Below are positions 1 to 10,597 of a DNA stretch of 64,000 nt, piece by piece (within the stretch, counting starts at the first letter, position 1; the number at the start of each line of letters is the position of its first letter). The notes beneath the pieces are model-generated. The model had not been told where the DNA came from. It did no database searches and was given only the letters and a program-made list of their open reading frames with translations. A program made the position numbers and the translations under genes. This DNA comes from Alphaproteobacteria bacterium (GTDB lineage Bacteria; Pseudomonadota; Alphaproteobacteria; UBA828), in assembly GCA_965214705.1 (NCBI GenBank), contig CBDCCI010000002.1, forward strand, positions 1,312,001-1,376,000. The letters run 5' to 3'.

Positions 1-121
1 TGGGGAGCGTGGGATAGTCCTGACACTGCGGATGCACGGGCTACCGCTAAGCCTACGTCGCGGATATGATCGCCTGCCGGCTCCCAGGGCTCCGGCTACC
101 CTGACCATCGAGCAAGCGGGC

Positions 122-2857
122 ATGGCGTCGAGGAAGCACAGCCGCAAGGGGCGCAGGCGCAAGCGGCCTGGCAAGGTCACCGCCGTCCAGCAGCTGAATC
201 AGGCCCGTCGGCGGCTGGCCAGCGGGGACGCCCGCGGCGCCCTCGATCTCCTGAAGCGGGTGCCGGACGGGGAGCACGACCCGGCGGGCAAGGCGTGCCT
301 GCACTTCTGCGCCTTGACGCAGTGGGCCCGTCAACTGGCGCGGAGAGGTCAGAAGAAGGAGTCGGCCGCCATGCGCGCGCGGGCCGCCGAACAGCGGTCA
401 TCCATCCCTGCCGGGGCGCTGGGGGAGGAGGATCTGGTGTGCTACCTCCGCCATCTTGATCCTGGCGAGGCGGTCGCAACCTACGCGGCATACCTGAAGG
501 GGGGATCGCCGATCGCCGGGGCTGAGCGCCTGCTCGCCGACAGGCTGGTGACCCGGCGGTGCTGGGCGAGTCTGGACGCCCTCGATGCGAGCCATGCGCT
601 TCGCCGCGACGCGGATCACGTCATGCGCGGCCTCGACGCGATGGACGCGGGAGAGTGGGAGCGTGCGGCGGATCTGCTGCGCGGGCTGCACCGGCGCTCG
701 CCGTTCGCGGCCTGGCGCGTGTTCTGCAAGGCGATGGCGTGTTTCGGTGCCGGCGACGACGAGGGCCTGCGCCGGGCGGCGGACCTTCTGCCCGGGGAGT
801 TCGCGCTTGCCGGCATCGTCGCCGAGTTGCGGCGGGCTGGCGGGGGCGGGGGCAAGGGCGGCTCGTCCAGGGTTCAGCGGGCCCTGGGGACGGACGGCAC
901 GACGGTCTCGGAGCTGGGCGCGGAGTTGCGCCAGGCTCTTCGCAGGAACGAGCGCGAGCGGGTCATCGAGCGACTGATGAGCCGCCTGGCCGATGCACTC
1001 AGCCCCGACGATCCCCTGCCGGCGCTTGTCGATCTGGTGCAGATTGCGGGCTTGGCCACCGCGCGCAGCCACCTCTCCATGGGCGCAGTGGAGCGGCTGG
1101 CACAGCACCTTCTGCCGGCCAGGCGGGTTCCGGGCCTGATCGCCAGGATCGGGTTGGTTCTTCAGCAGGCCTCCCTGGGCGCATGGAACCCCGGGGCGGC
1201 GGGATCCCTGCTGGGCCGCCTTCGCGAGGAGTTCCCCCGGTCCGGGGATCATGCTCTGGTTCGGGGCCGCGTATACGAGGCGCTGGCGAGGATCGGACAT
1301 CGGAGCGTGCAGCCGGAGCTGCTGCCGACCCCGAAGGTGCGGGAGCTGATCCTGCTTCTCGATGGGCGGTCCTTCGAGGCCGGGACGGTGTTTGCCGATC
1401 TGATGCAGGAGAGCCTGCTGGCCGATCCCGGCAACCGCGACGGCTATCGCTTCCTGGCGGAGCTGTTGCGGGGCCGCAGGCAGGACAGGAACCGTCTGCG
1501 GCGGGTGCTGGAGGACACGGCGGCCCGATTTCCCGAGGATGCTGAGCCCTGGCTTGAGTTGACCGAGCTTCACTACGCCGGCAATGCGTACCGGCGGGCG
1601 GAGGAGGCTCTTGCCGAGGCCCGGCGGCGCGCTCCGCATGACGAGCGCATCGTTGGCCTGCAGGCCGTGGGCTTCCTCAAGTCATCGGACCAGAGCCGCA
1701 AGAGCGGACGGTTCGAGCTGGCGGCCCGGGATTTGCAGCGGGCCGAGGCGCTGGGGGGCTCCCGGCTGACAGACATCGTGCCGGTGAAGAGGCTTCTGCT
1801 GGACCTGGTGTCGTCGGGCGGGGATGCCGCCGCGGTCGTGGCTCCCCGTCTTTCCGCCCTGCCTCCTGCTGGGCAGATCAGGACTCTGGCGCTGTTGCTT
1901 CACGAGCTGGAAGCGAACAGCACCGTCAAGAACGTCACGCCCGAGATGACGCATGCCGTGCTAGGTCTTCTGGCTCTCAGGGCGCCCATGATCGATGACA
2001 TCGATGCGGAGGAGGCGGTCGGTCTTCTCGCTCCGCTTCCTGCGGATTTTGGGATCCTATACGGGCGTCTCCATGTCGCCCCGGTCCTGGCCGACTGGTG
2101 GAGCGCGATCATGCGCGGCCAGCGGGACGACGGCCTGCTGGATGTCTTCGACATCCTGATGGACTGCGGCGACCGGGCTGCTGTGCGGGCCGAGATCGGG
2201 CTTCGCCTGGCCGGAACGAGCAAGGCGGAGCGGGATCCGTTGCTGCTCCTGTACCTTGCGGCGATCCGCTACCAGGAAGGTGACGACGACGATTCCAGGC
2301 GCTTCGTTGAGGCGCTGCAATCGGCAGCCCCGACCGAGCGCGAGCGGCTCCGGGCGGGAGCCGGGCGGCTTGCCCGGGTCACCGCGGGCATCCTGCGCGA
2401 GGCGCTTCACACATTCGACTTCGGGCTTCTGGACCCGCCCGAGCCGCTGTTCGGCGGGGACGATCCGGGACCGCTCTCGAACCTGCTGGGCGATATGCTG
2501 GGACCCGAGGAAGAGCCGTCCGGCGAAGAGCCGTCTCTCGACGCGTTCCTGGATGCGCTGCGAGTCGGCCTGCAGGCGGGATTGCCGGGCCAGCCCTGCC
2601 AGACCTCGTTGTTCGACGACGACGAGGCGTCACGCGAGCTGGAGACGCTGGAAGGCTTGATCGACCGGCACTGGCTGCGCGGGGTTCCCTCTCCGCTGCT
2701 GAGGGAGGTGGCGGAGGTGGCCAGGGCGGAGCCTGAGATTCGGCACAACCTGGACCGCAGCGCCCGCACGTGCGAGGAGGCGGGGCTTCGCGGCGGGCTG
2801 AGCCGGGAGGCGCGCATCTTCCTCTTTCCCCGCAAGCAGGGTCGCCGGAGGGCGTAG
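122..2857 (+). CDS. Large TPR-like helical repeat protein, first gene of an alternative Hsp70 operon
   Basis: Long ORF (track 32..2857), with likely start ATG at 122 (MASRKHSRK). Ala/Leu-rich TPR-like segments (PEDAEPWLELTELHYAGNAYRRAEEALAEARRRAPHD; AMDAGEWERAADLL). Ends 3 bp before the J-domain gene. Confidence 0.7.
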   Translation: MASRKHSRKGRRRKRPGKVTAVQQLNQARRRLASGDARGALDLLKRVPDGEHDPAGKACLHFCALTQWARQLARRGQKKESAAMRARAAEQRSSIPAGALGEEDLVCYLRHLDPGEAVATYAAYLKGGSPIAGAERLLADRLVTRRCWASLDALDASHALRRDADHVMRGLDAMDAGEWERAADLLRGLHRRSPFAAWRVFCKAMACFGAGDDEGLRRAADLLPGEFALAGIVAELRRAGGGGGKGGSSRVQRALGTDGTTVSELGAELRQALRRNERERVIERLMSRLADALSPDDPLPALVDLVQIAGLATARSHLSMGAVERLAQHLLPARRVPGLIARIGLVLQQASLGAWNPGAAGSLLGRLREEFPRSGDHALVRGRVYEALARIGHRSVQPELLPTPKVRELILLLDGRSFEAGTVFADLMQESLLADPGNRDGYRFLAELLRGRRQDRNRLRRVLEDTAARFPEDAEPWLELTELHYAGNAYRRAEEALAEARRRAPHDERIVGLQAVGFLKSSDQSRKSGRFELAARDLQRAEALGGSRLTDIVPVKRLLLDLVSSGGDAAAVVAPRLSALPPAGQIRTLALLLHELEANSTVKNVTPEMTHAVLGLLALRAPMIDDIDAEEAVGLLAPLPADFGILYGRLHVAPVLADWWSAIMRGQRDDGLLDVFDILMDCGDRAAVRAEIGLRLAGTSKAERDPLLLLYLAAIRYQEGDDDDSRRFVEALQSAAPTERERLRAGAGRLARVTAGILREALHTFDFGLLDPPEPLFGGDDPGPLSNLLGDMLGPEEEPSGEEPSLDAFLDALRVGLQAGLPGQPCQTSLFDDDEASRELETLEGLIDRHWLRGVPSPLLREVAEVARAEPEIRHNLDRSARTCEEAGLRGGLSREARIFLFPRKQGRRRA

Positions 2858-2860
2858 GCG

Positions 2861-3166
2861 ATGCTGGCTCACTATCTTGCTCTGGGGCTTTCCTCCTCCG
2901 CCTCGCGGGAGGAGGTTCGCCGGCGCTACCTCGAGCTGATCCGGGCGCATCCGCCGAGCCGGGAGCCGGCGTACAGCGAGCGGATCGTGGCCGCCTACGA
3001 AGCCCTGAAGGACGATCGCTCGCGCGTGGAGACGGCGATGTTCGGGATGTCCCGGCACGGCGATTTCGAGCTGGCTCTGGACGCGCTGGTGCAGGCGCGG
3101 CCACGCGGGCGTGCCACCCCGGGCCTGCAGGCGCTGATTGCGGCGGAAGGCGCAGAGGATGAGTGA
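2861..3166 (+). CDS. J-domain (DnaJ-like) protein with non-canonical HPP motif
   Basis: HYLALGLSSSASREEVRRRYLELIRAHPPSREPAYSERIVAAYEALKD follows the J-domain helix pattern, with HPD replaced by HPP. Upstream of grpE and dnaK. Confidence 0.85.
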   Translation: MLAHYLALGLSSSASREEVRRRYLELIRAHPPSREPAYSERIVAAYEALKDDRSRVETAMFGMSRHGDFELALDALVQARPRGRATPGLQALIAAEGAEDE

Positions 3167-3830
3167 GCCTGACAACGACTGGAAGCGCCGCGCCCTGGAG
3201 GATTTCGGGCACTGGCTCGACGAACTGGAGGAGGAGGACAGCGGCGACGGCGGGACCGGTATAGCGCCGGAGCCAGATCTGCGCGAATTGTTCGCCGAGC
3301 TTGCGGCGCTGCGCCAGGAGGTCCGGCTGCAAAACCGCGAGCAGTCGAAGGCGGGCCGGGAGCTTGCCCAGGCGGCGGCACGCTACGACGGCGCTGCGGC
3401 GTTGATGAAGCGCCGCGAGGACGACCTGGCGGCATTCGAGACGCGGGTCTCGCGCGAGGCCGAGAACCGCTGCCTGCGCTCTGCTCTCGAGGTGCGCAAC
3501 GCCCTGGTCCGGGGCTTGGAGGCAGCGACGGTGCTGCGCGAACGCCCCGGCTTGTTCCGCCGCCCGCCGCGGGGTATCCGCGGCGTCGCCGAGGGCTACG
3601 AGATCGCACTCAGGCGTTTCGACCGGATGCTGTCCGGGTTCGGGGTCGAGCGCCTGCGGACCGCAGGCCAGCCGTTCGATGCGCGCACCATGCACGCGGC
3701 GGAGGTCCGCCGGGTCGCGGGGGTCGGGAGCGGCATGGTGGTCGAGGAGCTGCTCAGCGGCTACACCCGGGGCGGCGACATTCTGCGCCTCGCCGAGGTG
3801 GCCGTGAACCGCAACGAGAGGCAGGAGTGA
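3159..3830 (+). CDS. grpE: GrpE-family nucleotide exchange factor
   Basis: Coiled-coil N-terminus, then GQPFDARTMHAA...VVEELLSGY...ILRLAEVAV, the GrpE C-terminal signature. ATG at 3159 overlaps the end of the J-domain gene. Confidence 0.9.
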   Translation: MSEPDNDWKRRALEDFGHWLDELEEEDSGDGGTGIAPEPDLRELFAELAALRQEVRLQNREQSKAGRELAQAAARYDGAAALMKRREDDLAAFETRVSREAENRCLRSALEVRNALVRGLEAATVLRERPGLFRRPPRGIRGVAEGYEIALRRFDRMLSGFGVERLRTAGQPFDARTMHAAEVRRVAGVGSGMVVEELLSGYTRGGDILRLAEVAVNRNERQE

Positions 3831-3835
3831 TCTTG

Positions 3836-5605
<1,770 letters not shown>

Positions 5606-5892
5606 GCCGGTGCTCAACTGCCCGACCTGCGGCGCCAGGGGGATCGAGGGCCCATCTTGCCACCGCTGCCGGACCGACCTGCGCCAGGTGCTGGCCGTCG
5701 AGCAGGCCGCTGCACAGTGCCGGCGCCGCGCGGCGGCCGCCCTCGCAAGCGGCTGCGTCGACCGGGCGCGCGCCCTTGCGGACAGGGCCTGCGCACTCCA
5801 CCGTAAGCGGTATCGGGCCCCCATACTTCCAGCGGATCTGATTTCGGGGCTGACTCTCCGCCTTGACCACGAGCCACACAGGAGAGATCGCG

Positions 5893-6318
5893 ATGACAGA
5901 TTCGATTTTGGCATCTGGCGACGGTGTCGCTGTTGCTTCGGTTGAGATCCCAGCTTCTGAGGGAGCCGCCCCGGCTCCGTCTGAGCCGGCCCCCATGCGA
6001 CGCTGGCCGGACGATGAGAAGGCGCGGATTGTCTCGGAGAGCTTTGAGCCGGGCTCTTCGGTTGCGGCGGTCGCGCGCCGCCATGGCGTCAGCGATACGA
6101 CCCTGACCAAGTGGCGGCGGCGCGCGCGGGAGGGAACTCTTCCGGGCGCTCGGATTGGTGGCTCTGCACCGCCATTTGTTCCCGTGGTGGTTGATAGCGT
6201 GACGTCCGAGCGGACGGTGGCGATCGAGGCGCTAGGCGTGGTCGTTCGCCTTCCGGTGGAGAGCGCGGTCGATCGGATTGTTGCGGTGGCCTCGGGCCTG
6301 GGCCGGGCGTCGTCATGA
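5893..6318 (+). CDS. tnpA: IS66 accessory protein TnpA (HTH)
   Basis: RRWPDDEKARIVSESFEPGSSVAAVARRHGVSDTTLTKWRR HTH motif. First ORF inside the IS. Confidence 0.9.
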   Translation: MTDSILASGDGVAVASVEIPASEGAAPAPSEPAPMRRWPDDEKARIVSESFEPGSSVAAVARRHGVSDTTLTKWRRRAREGTLPGARIGGSAPPFVPVVVDSVTSERTVAIEALGVVVRLPVESAVDRIVAVASGLGRASS

Positions 6319-6665
6319 TCGCGGCCCCCTCGCTTCGCATCGTGTTGGCGACGCGGCCGGTTGATTTTCGTCGCGGCCACGACGCGCTTGCGGCGACGGC
6401 GGCGGGGGAGCTGGACCTCGATATCTATTCCGGGGTGATCGTGATCTTCCGCTCGCGCCGCGGCGACAGGCTCAAGCTCCTTGCGTGGGACGGCAGCGGT
6501 CTGGTGATGACCTACAAGCGTCTGGAGCAGGGCCGCTTCGCCTGGCCTCGGATCGAGGATGGTGTGATGCGCCTTACGAAGGGCCAGTTCGAGGCCCTCT
6601 TCGAGGGTCTGGACTGGCGCCGGGTGAAGGCCCGCCCGGTTCGCCGCCCGCTGGCGGCGGAGTGA
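6315..6665 (+). CDS. tnpB: IS66 accessory protein TnpB
   Basis: PVDFRRGHDAL...IFRSRRGDRLKLLAWDGSGLVMTYKRLEQGRFAWP signature. Confidence 0.95.
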   Translation: MIAAPSLRIVLATRPVDFRRGHDALAATAAGELDLDIYSGVIVIFRSRRGDRLKLLAWDGSGLVMTYKRLEQGRFAWPRIEDGVMRLTKGQFEALFEGLDWRRVKARPVRRPLAAE

Positions 6666-6673
6666 GGCGGCAC

Positions 6674-6718
6674 GCAGGCGGGGCCGCAGATTTCGGTCGC
6701 GGTCCCGCCTGCACTTTT
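6674..6718 (+). terminator. Terminator-like hairpin between tnpB and tnpC
   Basis: 14-bp stem GCAGGCGGGGCCGC / GCGGTCCCGCCTGC with one G-U pair, followed by ACTTTT. Confidence 0.45.
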
Positions 6719-6758
6719 CCCTGGTCATGCATTGGCGAATCGGATTAAGGGGTGGCCC

Positions 6759-8474
6759 ATGCCGAAGGTCACGCCCTCACCCCTCAGCAGCGCCGGTTCG
6801 CCGTCGCCTGCGGTGGTTTCGGCGGCGCTGGCGGCCCTGCATGCGGAGCTTGACGACGAGCGCGCGGCGCGCCGGGCGACGGAAGCAGCCCTATGCGAAG
6901 CGGAGCAGGCACGCGGCGCGGCGGAGGCGGCGAGGCAGACGGCGGAAGCGCGGGCGGCACGGCTGGAGGCCGAGAACGCGCAGAGCGCGGAGCAGATCAG
7001 CCGGCTTGAGCATCTCAACAAGGAGCTCAGGAAGGCGCTGTTCGGTCCGCGCTCCGAGAAGCTCGGCGAGGACGAGCGCCAGCTTACGTTCGAGGAGTTT
7101 TGGGCGGCGATCGCTGAAGCCGGCGGTCGGCCCGAGGCAGATGACCAGGAGCAGGACGAGGGGGCTGGCGGCAAGCGCCGGCGGCGCTCTTCCCGGGGGT
7201 CGCGCAGCGGGGTGCGCTTCGGGCCCCAGGTCGACCGGCGCGAGGAGGTGATCGAGCCGGACACGATCATGTGCCCCTGCGGCTGCGGCGAGATGACGAA
7301 GATCGGCGAGGACCGCAGCGAGCGGCTGGACTATGAGCCGGCGAAGTTCACCGTCATCGAGACCGTGCGCCCCCGCTACGCCTGCAACAAGTGCAAGGGG
7401 GGCGGGGTGGTGCAGTCGCCGGCGCCGGCCGCTCTGGTCGAGGGCGGCCTTCCCACCGAGGCTCTTCTGGCGCAGGTGCTGATCGCGAAGTACGGCGATC
7501 ATTGCCCGCTCTATCGCCAGTCGCAGATCTACGAGCGCTCGGGGATCGAGGTTCACCGTGCGACGCTGGCGACGTGGGTGGGCCAGGCGTCGTTTCACCT
7601 GCGCCCCGTGGTCGCTTGCCTGGAGGATGAGCTGAAGAAGTCGGATCACCTGGGTCTGGACGAGACCACGATCCGCGTTCTCGACCCGGGCCGGGGCAAG
7701 ACGAAGACGGGCTACATGTGGACCCTTGTGCGTGACGAGCGCCACTGGAGCGGCACGGACCCGCCGGGCGTCGTCTATCGCTATGCGCCCGGCCGCGGCG
7801 GCAAGTATGGCGCCGAGCTTATGGAGGGCTTTTCGGGGACGGTGCAGCTCGACGGCTACTCGGGCCACAACATCCTGGCGCGGCCGTACCGGGCGGAAGG
7901 CCCTGTGACGCGGGCCCTCTGTTGGGCGCATGTAAGACGGAAGCTGAAAGAGGTATACGACTCGAGCGCATCGCCGATCGCGCTGGCCGGTCTGAATCGG
8001 ATCGCGAAGCTCTATGCGATCGAGAAGAAGATCCGGGGCAAGCCGCCGGCGGAGCGCCGCGCGATCCGTTGGGAGGAGTCGGCGCCGATCGTGAACACCT
8101 TCGGTGTCTGGCTCGACGAGCAGCGCTCGCGCGTCTCACCGCGCTCGCGTCTCGGCGAGAAGCTGACCTATATCGCCAACCAGTGGGACGGGCTGCTGGA
8201 GTTCCTGCACGACGGTCGTGTCGAGATCGACTCGAACCTGGTGGAAAACCGAATCCGGCCGCTGAAGCTCACCGCCAAGAACGCGCTCTTCGCCGGCAAC
8301 GACGAGGGTGCGCAAGCCTGGGCCCGCATCGCCTCGCTGATCGAGACCTGCAAGATGAACGGCGTCGAGCCCTACGCCTGGATGCGGAGCACGCTCGAGA
8401 AGATCGCCAAGGGCCACCCGCAGTCGGGCATCCAGGAGCTTCTGCCGTGGAACTTCCAGCCCGAGGCAAAATGA
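6759..8474 (+). CDS. tnpC: IS66 DDE transposase TnpC
   Basis: Leucine zipper LFGPRSEK, Zn finger CPCGC...CNKC, PLYRQ, LDETT, DGYSG, CWAHVRRK, IDSNLVENRIRP and ELLPWN motifs. Confidence 0.95.
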   Translation: MPKVTPSPLSSAGSPSPAVVSAALAALHAELDDERAARRATEAALCEAEQARGAAEAARQTAEARAARLEAENAQSAEQISRLEHLNKELRKALFGPRSEKLGEDERQLTFEEFWAAIAEAGGRPEADDQEQDEGAGGKRRRRSSRGSRSGVRFGPQVDRREEVIEPDTIMCPCGCGEMTKIGEDRSERLDYEPAKFTVIETVRPRYACNKCKGGGVVQSPAPAALVEGGLPTEALLAQVLIAKYGDHCPLYRQSQIYERSGIEVHRATLATWVGQASFHLRPVVACLEDELKKSDHLGLDETTIRVLDPGRGKTKTGYMWTLVRDERHWSGTDPPGVVYRYAPGRGGKYGAELMEGFSGTVQLDGYSGHNILARPYRAEGPVTRALCWAHVRRKLKEVYDSSASPIALAGLNRIAKLYAIEKKIRGKPPAERRAIRWEESAPIVNTFGVWLDEQRSRVSPRSRLGEKLTYIANQWDGLLEFLHDGRVEIDSNLVENRIRPLKLTAKNALFAGNDEGAQAWARIASLIETCKMNGVEPYAWMRSTLEKIAKGHPQSGIQELLPWNFQPEAK

Positions 8475-9028
8475 CTCGCGCGCTCACGGCGCTCCTCAAG
8501 AAATCCCCGTCGTAGTCAAGCCAGATTCCGGTATGGGGTCTGCGTACCGCTTACACTCCACCGCTGCCATGCGTCCGTTTCCGTGCGCGCCGCGGTCGCG
8601 CTCGTCGATGGCGAGTTTGACCTGGCCCTCCGTCTGTGGCGGGAGGTCCGAAGCGGGCCGCCGGACAACCCCGCTCCGGCGAACGCACGCGCTTCTATCG
8701 CTCCCTCGCCCGCCGTTCCACGAAACTGAGTGCCGCGCAGGCGATGAGTCCGGAGCGGGATACCCCCTCCCGCAATGCGGCTTCGTCAATGATCGCAAGC
8801 AGGCGCGATGGCACCGAGAGCTGCCCAGCGCGTGGGACGGCTCACCGATCCCTTGCTCCGAAGGGCGTATACGAGAGGCGATCGTGCACTCGGCCGCGAG
8901 AGGGCATCCTCCCGGAGACCGGCGTCGCGGAGTTGGCCGGCGTGACCGGCAGGGCCGGACCACGACGACCCAGGATCGAGTTGCGAGGGAGAGCGCTGGG
9001 CGAAAACTAATTGCTTGCCGGCCGCGTC

Positions 9029-10318
9029 TCAGCCAGACCCGGCGCCGACTGAAATCCCATCCTGTTCGGCGGTGCCCTCCGGCGCTTGGCTCATCAGTGC
9101 CTCTATCCGATCGGCAACCCTTTGAGCCGGCTCTCGGAGCTGGGCGATCGTCCAGTCCGCAGCGTAACCCTCCGTCACGTCGTTGGGTCTGGCGTGGTTC
9201 ACAAGGCGCTTGGTCAACGGCGAGGGAAGCATCAAGTCCCGTTCGGCCACCGTGATGAAGCAGTTGCGGAACGCATGGAACCAGAACTTCGCACCGCCCG
9301 TCTTCGTGATGCGCGGGTAAAGATAGTGCGGGTCCTCGACATGCCCGGACTTGCTGGCCGGAGAAGGGAATACCCAGTCCCGCACGGTGACCGGCATCGC
9401 CGACCTCGCCGCCCGACGCCTCTCAAGGATAAGTTCCAGTTGTCGGGTGATCGGAAGCTCAAGAGGGACTCGGGTCTTGGTCTGCTCGACGCGGAAGGTG
9501 AGCGACGCCATGTCTACTCGCTCCCAGCGTAGTGTCAGGACTTCTCTCAGCCGCATGCCGGTGTAAAGCCCGAACCACAGCGCGTCACTCATGGCCGGCA
9601 TCTTGACCTCGGCCTCGATGCCGGTTCGCCAACAGGGCAGCACCTCGGCGGGCGTGGAGATCTTGCGTCGCGTCTTGCGATGGAACTTCCCGCCTGCGGC
9701 GAGCCAGAGGTCGACCGGGTTGCGCAGACCTTCGAGATCGACGCACGGACGGCGGAAGACGGAACGCAGCAGAGACATCGCGTGGTTGGCCGGTGACCAG
9801 CCGTGGTCCACGGTAATGCGGTTGAAGCGCGCCTCCACCTCGCGCCGTGTGATGGAATCGAGTGGGCGGATGAGCCAGTCACCGAGATAGCGCTCGGCCT
9901 CGTAGCGGTAGAGCTTGTTGGTGTTCTCGGAGCGGTTGGGATTGGCAGCCAGGTAGTCCTTGAGCGCATCCGCCAGGGTCGGCATCCCTCGCGCCTGCGA
10001 ACGTTCCTCAGCCGGGTCCTCGCCGCTGGCTACTTTGCCGAGGGTGGTCTGGGCAAGGCGCCTGGCCTGACCGGGCGCGATCTTGCCATATCGACCGAGC
10101 ACGACCTGCTTGTTCGGCGCCTTCCTGCCGCCGTCACCCGCACGGTAGTTGACGATGAAGGACTTGGCGCCGGTGGGGTGCACCCTGACGCCGAAGCCGG
10201 TGAGCCTGTCATCCCACGCGATCCAGGGCTTGTCGCCGGGCTTGAGGGCATCGACGGCACGCTTGTTGATGGTAATCTTGGTCTTGGCGACACGTTTTCC
10301 GGGCTTCGTCGTCTTCAT
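9029..10318 (-). CDS. Tyrosine recombinase/integrase with N-terminal arm-DNA-binding domain
   Basis: N-terminal WDDRLTGFGVRV...KSFIVNYR (arm domain). Catalytic motifs TGMRLREVL, KT, HAFRNCF and LVNHA...TEGY. Confidence 0.92.
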   Translation of the reverse strand: MKTTKPGKRVAKTKITINKRAVDALKPGDKPWIAWDDRLTGFGVRVHPTGAKSFIVNYRAGDGGRKAPNKQVVLGRYGKIAPGQARRLAQTTLGKVASGEDPAEERSQARGMPTLADALKDYLAANPNRSENTNKLYRYEAERYLGDWLIRPLDSITRREVEARFNRITVDHGWSPANHAMSLLRSVFRRPCVDLEGLRNPVDLWLAAGGKFHRKTRRKISTPAEVLPCWRTGIEAEVKMPAMSDALWFGLYTGMRLREVLTLRWERVDMASLTFRVEQTKTRVPLELPITRQLELILERRRAARSAMPVTVRDWVFPSPASKSGHVEDPHYLYPRITKTGGAKFWFHAFRNCFITVAERDLMLPSPLTKRLVNHARPNDVTEGYAADWTIAQLREPAQRVADRIEALMSQAPEGTAEQDGISVGAGSG

Positions 10319-10511
10319 GGGGACATTGGACCATAGGGCTGTCGAGCTGTCAACACACTGCCCAACACGTGAAAGGGACTGAAAGTCATCTCATGTCGCC
10401 TCGCAAAGGGAGAATGCTTCGCGCAATTCCAGCAAACCATTGCAAATATTCGTATAATGTCCTTCTATGTCCTCTCATGCGCGCTTAACGATACATATAC
10501 TCGTAAGTCTA

Positions 10512-10568
10512 CGCGCCTTCGGCGCGGCGCGCGGTCGCGCGCTCCGGCCCGCTGCGCGGACCGGCCTC
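10512..10568. repeat. GC-rich palindromic REP-like element, copy A
   Basis: CGCGCCTTCGGCGCGG...GTCGCGC...TCCGG...CCGGCCTC aligns by eye with the reverse complement of 18319-18371. Confidence 0.45.
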
Positions 10569-10597
10569 TCTCGCCCCCTGTCGTGGGAGGAGGTGCG

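Larger units (their letters stand above)
5803..8554 (+). mobile_element. IS66-family insertion sequence (2752 bp), apparently complete
   Basis: IRL GTAAGCGGTATCGGGCCCCCATAC (5803-5826) matches IRR revcomp GTAAGCGGTACGCAGACCCCATAC (8531-8554) at 19/24. 8-bp direct repeat ACTCCACC at 5795-5802 and 8555-8562. Gene order tnpA-tnpB-tnpC. Confidence 0.97.
5610..8729 (+). pseudogene. Zn-ribbon plus TPR-like protein (119 aa when reconstructed), interrupted by IS66
   Basis: GTG at 5610 gives LNCPTCGARGIEGPSCHRCRTDL... Removing the IS and one ACTCCACC copy joins it in frame to ...LHRCHASVSVRAAVALVDGEFDLALRLWREV...PRN* (TGA at 8727-8729), 360 nt in total. Confidence 0.85.

Noticed and set aside
8533-9255. 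240-aa and 124-aa ORFs between IS66 and the integrase
   Set aside because: They have Arg/Pro-rich non-coding-frame composition and overlap the IS end, the restored Zn-ribbon gene and the integrase.
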